Positions 1 to 8,671 of a stretch of 64,000 nt of DNA are shown piece after piece. The translations under genes were made by a program, and so were the position numbers. This DNA comes from a virus (taxonomy: Duplodnaviria > Caudoviricetes), in IMG/VR virus record IMGVR_UViG_3300023105_001451, positions 59,504 through 123,503 of that record. One strand, given 5' to 3'. Within the stretch, counting starts at the first letter, position 1. Every line of letters begins with the position of its first letter. The notes under the pieces are model-generated. The model did not search any database. It was not told the origin of the DNA and saw only the letters and a program-made list of their open reading frames with translations.

Positions 1-585
1 ATAATTCAAACCTTCAAACTCTCCTTCACAACTACGAGTAATGTCAAACAAATCTAGAATATCGTAATTATAGTATTGTTGTATAATCCAGTCTTTCTTA
101 GTATACACGAAAGGATGCACAATGTCAACTCCCATATGTTTCATATGTAAAGGTAATACACCTTCATCTCGTTCGGGTAATCCGCCGGGTACGTCTTCTG
201 GATTTTTAGTAACAGCAGCATACCATGCATCTAAGTTATAATTATGTATTACCCATTCGTTGTGAGCTCTAAGTATAATTCTATTGCCAGGTTTTACTGC
301 GCCGTATTCATCAGTAATAAAAGTTGTATTAGGTTCTTCCATTTCGGGCGGTATAAAGTTTTCTAAATGTTCTATACGATTAGGAAAATTATACTTAAAC
401 CATCTAACAACTTGCTGAGCAACATGACGCTGCCAAGGTCGTGTTTTCCACATTCGTATTTGTGTAGTAAAATAAATGTCTGCATTAGTTTCTTTTAATA
501 TAAGATATGCTAGTAAAGCACTGTCTGCTCCGCCGCTTAAACTAATACCTATACGCTTCCACCCAGGATTCAAGAACAAGTTCAT
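1..585 (-). CDS. QueC-like PP-loop ATPase (adenine nucleotide alpha-hydrolase); 3' end runs off the window; absent from the ORF track
   Basis: Manual translation from ATG 585: MNLFLNPGWKRIGISLSGGADSALLAY...HPFVYTKKDWII...TRSCEGEF, open to position 1. SGGxDS PP-loop and QueC-like TxSC motif. Confidence 0.75.
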   Translation of the reverse strand, partial: MNLFLNPGWKRIGISLSGGADSALLAYLILKETNADIYFTTQIRMWKTRPWQRHVAQQVVRWFKYNFPNRIEHLENFIPPEMEEPNTTFITDEYGAVKPGNRIILRAHNEWVIHNYNLDAWYAAVTKNPEDVPGGLPERDEGVLPLHMKHMGVDIVHPFVYTKKDWIIQQYYNYDILDLFDITRSCEGEFEGLNY

Positions 586-590
586 GCTTA

Positions 591-607
591 TACTTATTCG
601 TTAAATA
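591..607. promoter_or_regulatory. Back-to-back late promoters: TAAGTA (-, 591-596) and TAAATA (+, 602-607)
   Basis: Each box resembles the T4 late TATAAATA core and lies exactly 5 nt before an ATG (585 and 613). Confidence 0.7.
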
Positions 608-612
608 TCTGT

Positions 613-1266
613 ATGCTAGAGAGAACTGAATATACTGTAAAAGTTCCTAAAATTAACGAAGATTTTGAAAATTTTAAAACTACGTTAAATCAGCCAACTG
701 GAGATTTTTTCTACGATCCGTGGGAAATTAAACCAGAGTATAAAGGAACAGTTTGGGAAAAATTGCTTAAGAGCTTGCCTGAGCCTCACGGCGAAGCTCG
801 TGTAATTGTAATGCAACCTGGTACTACTTATATGGCTCATGCTGATATTGATAATCGTTGGCATCTAAATTTACAAAGCGAACAGGCTTATCTAATTAAT
901 TTAGTTTCTCAAGATATGCATTTATTAGAAAAAGACGGATACTGGTATTATATGGATGCAGGAAATATACACACTGCGTCAAACTATGGTAGTATTCCTA
1001 GAATACAGTTAGTTGTAAGAGAACTATTAACAGCAACAGAAATAGAAGAACTTGCACAAGTTACAATTAAACCGGCAATGCCGCAATATGATTATAGATA
1101 TAAATTTGACAATATAATTAGCCCATGGCTTAATACTGCTAATAAAGATGGTGTTATAAAAGATTTTGAGGTTGACGGCGAAGTTGTTAAATTTAAAATA
1201 CCAATTACAGAATTAAGTTTAAAATTGCCAAAGGAGTTTCGCATTGAAGTGGAAACCATATCTTAA
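613..1266 (+). CDS. Asp/Asn beta-hydroxylase-like Fe(II)/2OG oxygenase
   Basis: HAD motif, distal HTASN, then RIQLVV; cupin-type pattern. Confidence 0.7.
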   Translation: MLERTEYTVKVPKINEDFENFKTTLNQPTGDFFYDPWEIKPEYKGTVWEKLLKSLPEPHGEARVIVMQPGTTYMAHADIDNRWHLNLQSEQAYLINLVSQDMHLLEKDGYWYYMDAGNIHTASNYGSIPRIQLVVRELLTATEIEELAQVTIKPAMPQYDYRYKFDNIISPWLNTANKDGVIKDFEVDGEVVKFKIPITELSLKLPKEFRIEVETIS

Positions 1267-1918
1267 ACTAAGCGAAGAAGGCAATCCGTGCATGGCTCAA
1301 CAAACTTACGAGCCTTTAGTTAGTGAAGACGGAAAAACTTTCTGTAAAAATTATGCTTGGCCGAATGATTATCAATATATGGAAACAAAAGATCGTCCGT
1401 TATATACTGACGAAGTTGTTGAATGGTTTTGGTTTAATGAACTTACTTATTTAGAGGTCTTTAAAGATAAACCTTACGCACCTGAAGTTACTGATATTGA
1501 TTATGTTAACAGAAAAATATATCTTAAATGGAATGAGGCAAGTTGTAATCAAATAATTTATAGTGGGCTGCCTTGGCCGCAAAATGTTTGGCGTCAACAA
1601 ATTAAAGATATTATGCTTGACATTTACAATGAGGGCGTATATAAATTAACAATGTATCCTCACTGTCATTATATAAGCAGTGAAGGAAACATGCGAGCAA
1701 TTGACTGGTACGGATGTGTACCTGTTGAAGAGCCTTACATCGAAGAAAAATATATGCAAGGCATAATTCATGAAACTGCTCAATTTCGTTTAGAAGAAAC
1801 AGGTGCAGCGGTAGACAATGTTTTAAATTTAGAGACTATGTTTAAGAGAAGTTTAGGCACTCATGTAAAATGGGGAGACCAAGATATGAGCTACATATAC
1901 AAGGAAATTTTTAAATGA
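1244..1918 (+). CDS. Protein-kinase-like fold protein (divergent)
   Basis: FCK..NELTYL..APEV..IDWYG pattern; TTG start after AAGGAG; paralogue of 7955-8644. Confidence 0.45.
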   Translation: MKWKPYLKLSEEGNPCMAQQTYEPLVSEDGKTFCKNYAWPNDYQYMETKDRPLYTDEVVEWFWFNELTYLEVFKDKPYAPEVTDIDYVNRKIYLKWNEASCNQIIYSGLPWPQNVWRQQIKDIMLDIYNEGVYKLTMYPHCHYISSEGNMRAIDWYGCVPVEEPYIEEKYMQGIIHETAQFRLEETGAAVDNVLNLETMFKRSLGTHVKWGDQDMSYIYKEIFK

Positions 1919-2772
1919 ATATTGTAGTGTTTGGACATAGTATTGGATTAGACGACGGAGTTCAAGAAGATCATTGGACTCGTTATTTAGAAAAAAGACT
2001 TAGTACAAATGTAGTTAATAAATGTGTAGCACAATGTAGCGAAGAACGCATTTTGTTTAATTTGAAAAAAACAAAAAATATTGATTTGGCAATAATTATT
2101 CATACTCCTCCTTGGGCAATATTTGTTCCAACATGGGACAGAGACATACAAAACGTAGACAAGGATAGTTTTAATAGTAAAGTTGATATTTTAAAATTTT
2201 TAGATAGTGCAGGAATTACAGGTACTGAAGAAATAGATGAAGCTGTTGATTGGTATTCCGTAGTATCTAACGGAATGATACAAGAATTGTTTAAACGCTA
2301 TGGTATTGAATTTGAAGAGATGACTCCTGGTATACAAGAGTTTTTAGATAATGGAAATACTACAATTATTAAACAAGAATTTTTAGAACTAGTTGAAAAG
2401 AGTAAAGGAGATGTAGAATACTATAATAGTTTATTTGATGCATTAACTTTATTTAGAAAACATTTATATCATCCGGATTTGGCAATGAATAGATATTACG
2501 GAGCTCTAATACAAATTGATCAATATATAACAGCAATGAATATACCGTGTATTCATTTGCTAGATAATCCTGCTTGGTATCCTAAATGGTTTAAATTTAC
2601 ATCAGGTATTGTTGATACAGAATTACAAAAAACAAAACGAGAAACAGGACCTTATTATGTTGGGTATAATAAATCCTGTAATGCATTAAACAAGGAAGGT
2701 AACGAACTAATATATAATAAAATAGTTGAATTGGCTGCGGGGGCAGGATTCGAACCTGCATTCACGAGTTAA
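1915..2772 (+). CDS. SGNH/GDSL-like protein (degenerate)
   Basis: N-terminal VVFGHS; C-terminal xxLNKEGNELIY; last 13 aa are read antisense over the tRNA-like element. Confidence 0.45.
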   Translation: MNIVVFGHSIGLDDGVQEDHWTRYLEKRLSTNVVNKCVAQCSEERILFNLKKTKNIDLAIIIHTPPWAIFVPTWDRDIQNVDKDSFNSKVDILKFLDSAGITGTEEIDEAVDWYSVVSNGMIQELFKRYGIEFEEMTPGIQEFLDNGNTTIIKQEFLELVEKSKGDVEYYNSLFDALTLFRKHLYHPDLAMNRYYGALIQIDQYITAMNIPCIHLLDNPAWYPKWFKFTSGIVDTELQKTKRETGPYYVGYNKSCNALNKEGNELIYNKIVELAAGAGFEPAFTS

Positions 2773-2808
2773 CCGCCCGCTGCTTTACCAACTGTTAGCT
2801 ACCCCGAC
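2732..2808 (-). tRNA. Aberrant or pseudo tRNA-Asn(GTT) with encoded CCA
   Basis: Minus strand: GTCGGGG TA GCT AACAGTTGGTAA AGC A GCGGG CGGTTAA CTCGT GAAT GCAGG TTCGAAT CCTGC CCCCGCA G CCA. Perfect T arm and G73, but G at position 33 and the first two acceptor pairs mismatched. Confidence 0.75.
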
Positions 2809-2846
2809 TTCCGGAATGGGTCATAAGACTCCGTAGACCGGCATAT

Positions 2847-2854
2847 TATTTATA
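2847..2854 (-). promoter_or_regulatory. T4-type late promoter TATAAATA pointing at the tRNA-like element
   Basis: Exact TATAAATA on the minus strand, 38 nt upstream of the tRNA-like 5' end. Confidence 0.65.
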
Positions 2855-2867
2855 GAAGGAAAATGAA

Positions 2868-3443
2868 TTGGCAACGTATTTAGGAACAACAGACGGCATC
2901 ATTGACTGGGATCCTATTGTAGAGATTTGTAAGGATTGTACAACAGGAGACTACAATTCAGTTAAATCAGTTGTTGAACGATCTGAAGGCAATTGGCGTG
3001 ATAATCCAGAGCTACTAGGAAGGTACCATGAGATTATTAATACCTGGGATGATGCTGGATATAACTTAGAAGAAATTGAATGGTGGGACTATTATCCCGG
3101 TGAACATTTTGATATAGAAATACAAAACAAATTTGCAAAAATAGTAAATGCAGAACCGTTAAGAGTTTTTGTAAGTGATGTACGTCCTGGAACAAACGTA
3201 CCATATCATTGGGACGTTGAAGACAATGAAGAAGAATGGTTAGCACAAGGAGAACTAAAACGCTGGGTTTGCTTTATGGATAAGCCTCGCTGGGGTAGTG
3301 TGTTAATATTAGAAGACAAAGCATTTCATAATGTGCCACAAGGTGAAATATGGGAATGGGATAATTACAGAAGTTATCACGCAGGAACAAGTTGCGGTAT
3401 ACATCATCAATATTTGTTTCATTTTTTAGGGAGACCCAAATAA
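2868..3443 (+). CDS. Cupin-fold Fe(II)/2OG oxygenase
   Basis: PYHWD...YHAGT; paralogue of the next gene; TTG start after GAAGGA. Confidence 0.65.
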   Translation: MATYLGTTDGIIDWDPIVEICKDCTTGDYNSVKSVVERSEGNWRDNPELLGRYHEIINTWDDAGYNLEEIEWWDYYPGEHFDIEIQNKFAKIVNAEPLRVFVSDVRPGTNVPYHWDVEDNEEEWLAQGELKRWVCFMDKPRWGSVLILEDKAFHNVPQGEIWEWDNYRSYHAGTSCGIHHQYLFHFLGRPK

Positions 3444-3973
3444 TGGTAAGAAGCATTGGAGTATGTAACACAATCAACTGGGATGCAGTAATTAAAGACT
3501 GCGAAAATTCAAATCCTGAGTATGTAGGACCTAGTCATAAGCGTGGAGATAATATACCTGGTTTAGATCCTATATTAGACATGTGGGAAGAAGCAGGATA
3601 TAAAACTGTACACGAAGGTGGAACTGCTGGATGGGATATGTTTATTCCAGGTAAACAATTTGACACAAGCATAGTAGATGCTTGGAACGAACACTACAAT
3701 TTAGACTGTAAAAATGTTTGGATAAGCAGAGTATGGCCCGGACGGTTTGCTCCTATACATTGGGACGTACACGATGACGAAGAAAACTTACCCGAATGTG
3801 CAAGATATCACTCGCATATTGGTAAGCCTCAGTGGGGACATATTTTTATTGTAGACGATAAATGTTTGTATAATAGAACACAAGGTGAAACGTTTAGATG
3901 GGAAAATAGAAAATTATGGCATGCAGGAACTAACTGTGGTACAACACCTAAATATATATGGAATGCTTGGTAA
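3443..3973 (+). CDS. Cupin-fold Fe(II)/2OG oxygenase
   Basis: PIHWD...WHAGT; start reassigned to the ATG at 3443 (TAATG overlap). Confidence 0.65.
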   Translation: MVRSIGVCNTINWDAVIKDCENSNPEYVGPSHKRGDNIPGLDPILDMWEEAGYKTVHEGGTAGWDMFIPGKQFDTSIVDAWNEHYNLDCKNVWISRVWPGRFAPIHWDVHDDEENLPECARYHSHIGKPQWGHIFIVDDKCLYNRTQGETFRWENRKLWHAGTNCGTTPKYIWNAW

Positions 3974-3982
3974 GGAGAAAAG

Positions 3983-4579
3983 ATGGAAAAAGTATTATCA
4001 GAGATGCCTAGAATATCAGTTTTTACTGATGTACTTACAGATGAAGAATCAGATTACTATGTAAAAAAATACAGTGAACTAGGAATGAATCCTGATGCAG
4101 GATTAGAATCACGAGAGCAAACAAATGGGCAAATCACAGAAGAAGTAGAACAGCGTAGTATTAGCTGGGATACTGATAACGAAGATAGAGAGTTTTTTAA
4201 AAAACGTCTTGCAGAAACAGTTGGATTTCCGATTGAACATATAGAAGCAGGCGATATTTATAGATATCAACCTGGACAGTATTTTGGTCTGCATCACGAC
4301 TTTCCTTACACTCCAGAAGAAATTGCATATTATGAAAAAGGTGGTGACAGAAAAGCAACAGGTATTTTTTGGTTAACAGGTGACTTCGAAGGCGGTACTT
4401 GTGATTTTCCTGAACTAGATGTATCAGTAAAGCCTGTAAAAAATGGTATGTTTTATTTTGAATATGACTACGAAGATGAAGCAATTAATCAGTCAACTAT
4501 ACACGAAGCAATGCCCATAACAAAGGGAGAAAAATGGATCGCAGCATTTTTTATTGCTAATGGTCCAAGAGTAGAATGA
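3983..4579 (+). CDS. Prolyl 4-hydroxylase-like 2OG-Fe(II) oxygenase
   Basis: RYQPGQYFGLHHD, GGTCDFP, HEAMPITKGEKWI are typical P4H motifs. Confidence 0.85.
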   Translation: MEKVLSEMPRISVFTDVLTDEESDYYVKKYSELGMNPDAGLESREQTNGQITEEVEQRSISWDTDNEDREFFKKRLAETVGFPIEHIEAGDIYRYQPGQYFGLHHDFPYTPEEIAYYEKGGDRKATGIFWLTGDFEGGTCDFPELDVSVKPVKNGMFYFEYDYEDEAINQSTIHEAMPITKGEKWIAAFFIANGPRVE

Positions 4580-5019
4580 AGTTTTATATAACAGGTAGTA
4601 CAAAGGGGCTAGGAGAATATCTAGCAAAATATTTTCATTGTAAGAGCTTTAACAAGCCTCTTGCATTGAATGAAGATATTGATTTAATTTGTGATAGTAT
4701 TGATGAAGGTAGCACTGTTATATTAAATGCACATGCAAGTCAATTAGAGTATGTAGAACGTTTGAAAGATAAGTGTAAACTAGTTGTTATGGGCAGTATT
4801 GCAGCAGTAAATTTTGATCCTGAAATGGCAGAATACAGCAAAGAAAAATGGGAACTGGAAAAAAACGTACAACAGTTAGCATTACACAACAAGTATCCTA
4901 TGTTGTATTTACAGTTAACGAGTAGCAGTTATCGTGATTACCAAATGATTGCAAACAGTATAAAGTTTTGGTTAGAAAATCCAGACATAACTTTTATAGG
5001 GTATAATATAAATGACTAA
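4576..5019 (+). CDS. Short SDR/Rossmann-fold protein
   Basis: ITGSTKGLG, LNA, GS, YxxxK (YSKEK). Confidence 0.7.
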   Translation: MKFYITGSTKGLGEYLAKYFHCKSFNKPLALNEDIDLICDSIDEGSTVILNAHASQLEYVERLKDKCKLVVMGSIAAVNFDPEMAEYSKEKWELEKNVQQLALHNKYPMLYLQLTSSSYRDYQMIANSIKFWLENPDITFIGYNIND

Positions 5020-5608
5020 GAAAATAGTAATTACAGGACATACCGGCGGCATTGGTAAAGCAATATATGATAAATTTACAGAAGTAAGTTGTCATGAAAT
5101 TATAGGTATGAGTCGCAGCAATGGTTATGACATCGAATCAGACTTTGACAAAGTTGTAGAAGAAGCAATTGGTGCAGAAATTTTTATTAACAATGCTTAT
5201 AGAGACGAACAGCAACTAAAACTGTTTCATGCACTTAAAGATAAAGTTGATATGATGGTTGTTATGGGCAGTGTAAGTAGACATTATCCCGAACTTATTC
5301 CTACAGATTATGTGCATGACAAACAAGAACTAGCAGAAGCATGTCGTTTAGAAAGCATCAATCCAAACGGTATTCCTATATTACATTTAGATTTAAGTTT
5401 TATCGAAGGCACTGAAATAAACAACAATGACCCTACAGCATTTAAAAGCGATTATAATACTAGTTTTGAAGATATAGTTGACACAATTATATTTTGGGCT
5501 CAAAAGCCGAGCATACGTCAAGTCGAATTTCGTTGGAAGTTAACTGAACAAGTACGTGCAGAATTAGAACGCATTAATCCAAATGTAGATTTTTCAAGAG
5601 TCGAATAA
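5012..5608 (+). CDS. SDR family oxidoreductase
   Basis: ITGHTGGIG, INNA, YVHDK. Confidence 0.75.
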   Translation: MTKKIVITGHTGGIGKAIYDKFTEVSCHEIIGMSRSNGYDIESDFDKVVEEAIGAEIFINNAYRDEQQLKLFHALKDKVDMMVVMGSVSRHYPELIPTDYVHDKQELAEACRLESINPNGIPILHLDLSFIEGTEINNNDPTAFKSDYNTSFEDIVDTIIFWAQKPSIRQVEFRWKLTEQVRAELERINPNVDFSRVE

Positions 5609-6268
5609 ATGTCGTTCTAATCTAATACAAATAAAAAGCCAATCTTCGTCTGACGGGTTCCATAATGCATGTGGACTATTTGTTGCATCAAATATGTATG
5701 CATCATACAATCCCATATTATCGACTCTATCGTCTACTTTTAACTTAACTACGTCATTAGACTTTATGTTGACTAACAATGAATAGTTAGGACGTCCATC
5801 GTCTCCGTCAGTGTGCGTTGGCAATATACTAGAAGGAGAAAACCAAAAAATTAATGCTTCTCTAGCAATATCACATTTATCTAGATAAAGATTTTGTTCT
5901 TTTAATAAATTTTTTACATACGGGTGCGGCCAATCATAATCTGCATGATATGAATAAATTACCCTCCATTCGGATTCTTGTTTTAATAAGTATTGACTTT
6001 CTTTAGGAAAACGGCATAACAACTCTTCTGTTAGTTCGTCACTTGCTGTTTCGCATGATGAAGTAAGATGTGCTATATTGTCTTTATAATGTAAAAAACT
6101 CCAAGATTCAAAATCATCATATGTTGGATTTTTTAATATGTTTTCTTTAATGTCATCAACATCTAAGTTTTTAAAGTGTGATTTTACATACGTTACTAAT
6201 TCTTTTACTTTAGATAACGCATCACCTTCTAAAACTTTTTTAACTCCGATATCTTGTTTTATATCCAT
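5594..6268 (-). CDS. Asp/Asn beta-hydroxylase-like oxygenase
   Basis: LPTHTD...FDATNSPHALWNPSDEDW. Confidence 0.7.
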   Translation of the reverse strand: MDIKQDIGVKKVLEGDALSKVKELVTYVKSHFKNLDVDDIKENILKNPTYDDFESWSFLHYKDNIAHLTSSCETASDELTEELLCRFPKESQYLLKQESEWRVIYSYHADYDWPHPYVKNLLKEQNLYLDKCDIAREALIFWFSPSSILPTHTDGDDGRPNYSLLVNIKSNDVVKLKVDDRVDNMGLYDAYIFDATNSPHALWNPSDEDWLFICIRLERHLFDS

Positions 6269-6816
6269 CGTTCAAATCTTTCTAAATTAGCAAAAAACTT
6301 TTCTGGATGTATTTCCCATACAGTTTGATCTGTGTGTCTATAGTGTACATCTTTAATTTTAGATACAATACCTAGTTTAGCAAGTGTAGGAAAGTAATAG
6401 CTATGCACAAGGCGTTGACTTGCTTCTTTACTAGCATTTGATGTAGCAAACATTCGTCCACGTCCTGCAACCCATTCTATGCACTGCGGCAGCAAAAATT
6501 GGTCTGTTAAATTTTGATGTTCTGCTACAAGACGTTTAGGAGTAATTAATCCTGCGCCCTTTCGTTCTTCTGCAAACGTACACACACGAGTTAGTATGCG
6601 ATATCCGCCTGGCATAACATCATCAAAAGAGTGTGCAGCAACACTACCTACAGCATTATTGTTATTGTAAAGTATCCAAGCATTCCATTCACGTTCATTA
6701 CGAAAGCAATCTATCATTGCTTTTTGACTAGAGTTATTAACAAACCCTCGACGACTTGCTTCGTTATAAAAATTAGTTAAGTCTAAACCTTCGTGCCATT
6801 CAACAGTTTTATACAT
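6259..6816 (-). CDS. Hypothetical protein, possible GNAT-fold acyltransferase
   Basis: WILY..AVGSVAAH..RILTRVC pattern is GNAT-like; weak. Confidence 0.35.
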   Translation of the reverse strand: MYKTVEWHEGLDLTNFYNEASRRGFVNNSSQKAMIDCFRNEREWNAWILYNNNNAVGSVAAHSFDDVMPGGYRILTRVCTFAEERKGAGLITPKRLVAEHQNLTDQFLLPQCIEWVAGRGRMFATSNASKEASQRLVHSYYFPTLAKLGIVSKIKDVHYRHTDQTVWEIHPEKFFANLERFERWI

Positions 6817-7958
6817 TAGAATGCTTCCTTCTTTTGTAATAGCAGCTCGTCAACAACAGGAATATAATCGTAATTGTTTATAAGTTCGTTTAGTTTTGGA
6901 TTTAATTTTTCAAAGTCTGCGTTTGTTACTTTTAATAATTTTTTATGCCAAGCAACAAAATAGTTGAACAAGTTTTTACTGTCTTGCTCCATATAACCTA
7001 GTAAATCATTATAGCCATATTCTAACAAATAAGATTTTACATATTCTTTATAGTCAGTGGGCATCGCAATTAACGACATAAAATCAGGAGTAATTAATGC
7101 ATCTTTACTTCTAGTAAATTTTGGAAAGTTTTCGTCTAAAAATTTATCAAGTAAATGCAAGTAATTTACGTTATAAGGAGTTACTACACAATGTATTACA
7201 ATGTTAGTTTCTCCTTTTCTGTTGTCGTACAGATCATGAAAGTATTTTAAATTTTCTTTAACTTTATTCCATTCTGCACCAATTCGAATAAATTCAAACA
7301 ATCCTTCAACAGCATCGATGCTTATATTTAAATCAAGATATTTACAGTTTAAGAAAACATCTTCAACTACTCCGTTAGGAATAAGTGTTCCATTAGTTGA
7401 GCCCACTACCTTTAAATTTTCGAGTTCGCCTGATTCTTTAACTCTGTTACATATATCTGTAATATTTTTACTAAGTAATGGTTCTCCGCCAATTAACTTT
7501 ATAGTATCTAATTTTGAAAAGTCAACATTTTTATATAGAGTAGTATTGTATGCAGGAGACGAAGCACGACCAAACAAATTTATTTCTTCTTTAATCCATG
7601 CTGTGCTTCTTCCTGATGAACAAATATTACATTTTAGATTACACGTATTGTCTAATTCAAATTCCATAAATGTTAATTTTGGTTCAGTAAGTACTCCATA
7701 ATGTTCGATTGATTTTTGACGCATTGATTTCACACCAACATCTTCTTTAACCCAACATTCGTGACATTCGTCAACACGTTCTCCACTATCTAAACGCTTT
7801 CGTAAAGTATCCATTTCTCCGTGTAAATACTCGTTTTCAATATCGTCAGTTTTTAATCTAATATTACCTCGATACAAACAACATGGTAAAATATCATGAT
7901 TGTCACCGTCGTCTGGTAATAATACTACACTATTATAAGTTAGTGGACAGTGTTTCAT
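6816..7958 (-). CDS. Radical SAM protein with N-terminal SPASM/twitch-like Cys cluster
   Basis: CNLKCNIC, GGEPLL, TNG, SID; N-terminal C..PCC..CxxC. Confidence 0.9.
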   Translation of the reverse strand: MKHCPLTYNSVVLLPDDGDNHDILPCCLYRGNIRLKTDDIENEYLHGEMDTLRKRLDSGERVDECHECWVKEDVGVKSMRQKSIEHYGVLTEPKLTFMEFELDNTCNLKCNICSSGRSTAWIKEEINLFGRASSPAYNTTLYKNVDFSKLDTIKLIGGEPLLSKNITDICNRVKESGELENLKVVGSTNGTLIPNGVVEDVFLNCKYLDLNISIDAVEGLFEFIRIGAEWNKVKENLKYFHDLYDNRKGETNIVIHCVVTPYNVNYLHLLDKFLDENFPKFTRSKDALITPDFMSLIAMPTDYKEYVKSYLLEYGYNDLLGYMEQDSKNLFNYFVAWHKKLLKVTNADFEKLNPKLNELINNYDYIPVVDELLLQKKEAF

Positions 7959-8644
7959 TTATAAATCTCTTTAGCAGCTTCCATAACATCGTCTCGAAAG
8001 TTTGTTTTAAAACTTTCAAATGCTAGTAGTTGTATTTCTTTATGCGGTGTAGGTGCTTCTACATCAATGCCCATAGAAGCCATTTTAGGAAATAAGTCTG
8101 CTTGTCTATCTTCACTAATATGACTCATTACACTACGCAAACTTATATCATTATCAGCTTGATCATAAGTAAAGAAATAATTCATACTTTTAAGTTTACC
8201 GTTTATAATAAAGTAACTTGACGGATGCAAACTGTATTTGGTTAATCCTAAGTCTTTGTGTGCTTGTAGTATTTCGAGCATCTGTTTATCCCAGTCAGGC
8301 AATACCTGTGAGTAGTCTGTTCCTACACAGCCGGCAAGTTCCCACATATCAGGTCCATCTATTTCTAAATAAACTTTTCGTTCCTTTTCGTCGATACTAA
8401 ACTTAGGAATATGTTCAGGATAGTGTGTTTTCATTATCCTTAAAAATTTAACCTCACGTTCAAATTTTTCATCCATCAACGACGGGTCAACAACTTGATT
8501 ATGCCCACCGTGATAATTTTCGTCGTTGTAGTACCATTGACAAAAAAGTCCGTTTTTTGAAATTAAGCTAGTATAAATTAGATTATTTCTACATAACCCT
8601 TTGCCAGGAACGTTGTTGTAATAATATTCATAATTCCCGTTCAT
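7955..8644 (-). CDS. Protein-kinase-like fold protein (divergent)
   Basis: FEREVKFL..HIPK..KYSLHPSSYF; similar to 1244-1918. Confidence 0.45.
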   Translation of the reverse strand: MNGNYEYYYNNVPGKGLCRNNLIYTSLISKNGLFCQWYYNDENYHGGHNQVVDPSLMDEKFEREVKFLRIMKTHYPEHIPKFSIDEKERKVYLEIDGPDMWELAGCVGTDYSQVLPDWDKQMLEILQAHKDLGLTKYSLHPSSYFIINGKLKSMNYFFTYDQADNDISLRSVMSHISEDRQADLFPKMASMGIDVEAPTPHKEIQLLAFESFKTNFRDDVMEAAKEIYK

Positions 8645-8649
8645 GCAAA

Positions 8650-8666
8650 TACTTATCTGGTAAGTA
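8650..8666. promoter_or_regulatory. Back-to-back late promoters TAAGTA (-, 8650-8655) and TAAGTA (+, 8661-8666)
   Basis: Each is 5 nt before an ATG (8644 and 8672); same geometry as 591-607. Confidence 0.7.
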
Positions 8667-8671
8667 TATGT

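Noticed and set aside
2766-2778. Ochre-suppressor (TTA) reading of the tRNA-like anticodon
   Set aside because: Shifting the loop by one base breaks the anticodon stem; the GTT register pairs properly.
2732-2808. Prophage attachment site at the tRNA
   Set aside because: No integrase and no duplicated tRNA 3' end seen in the window.
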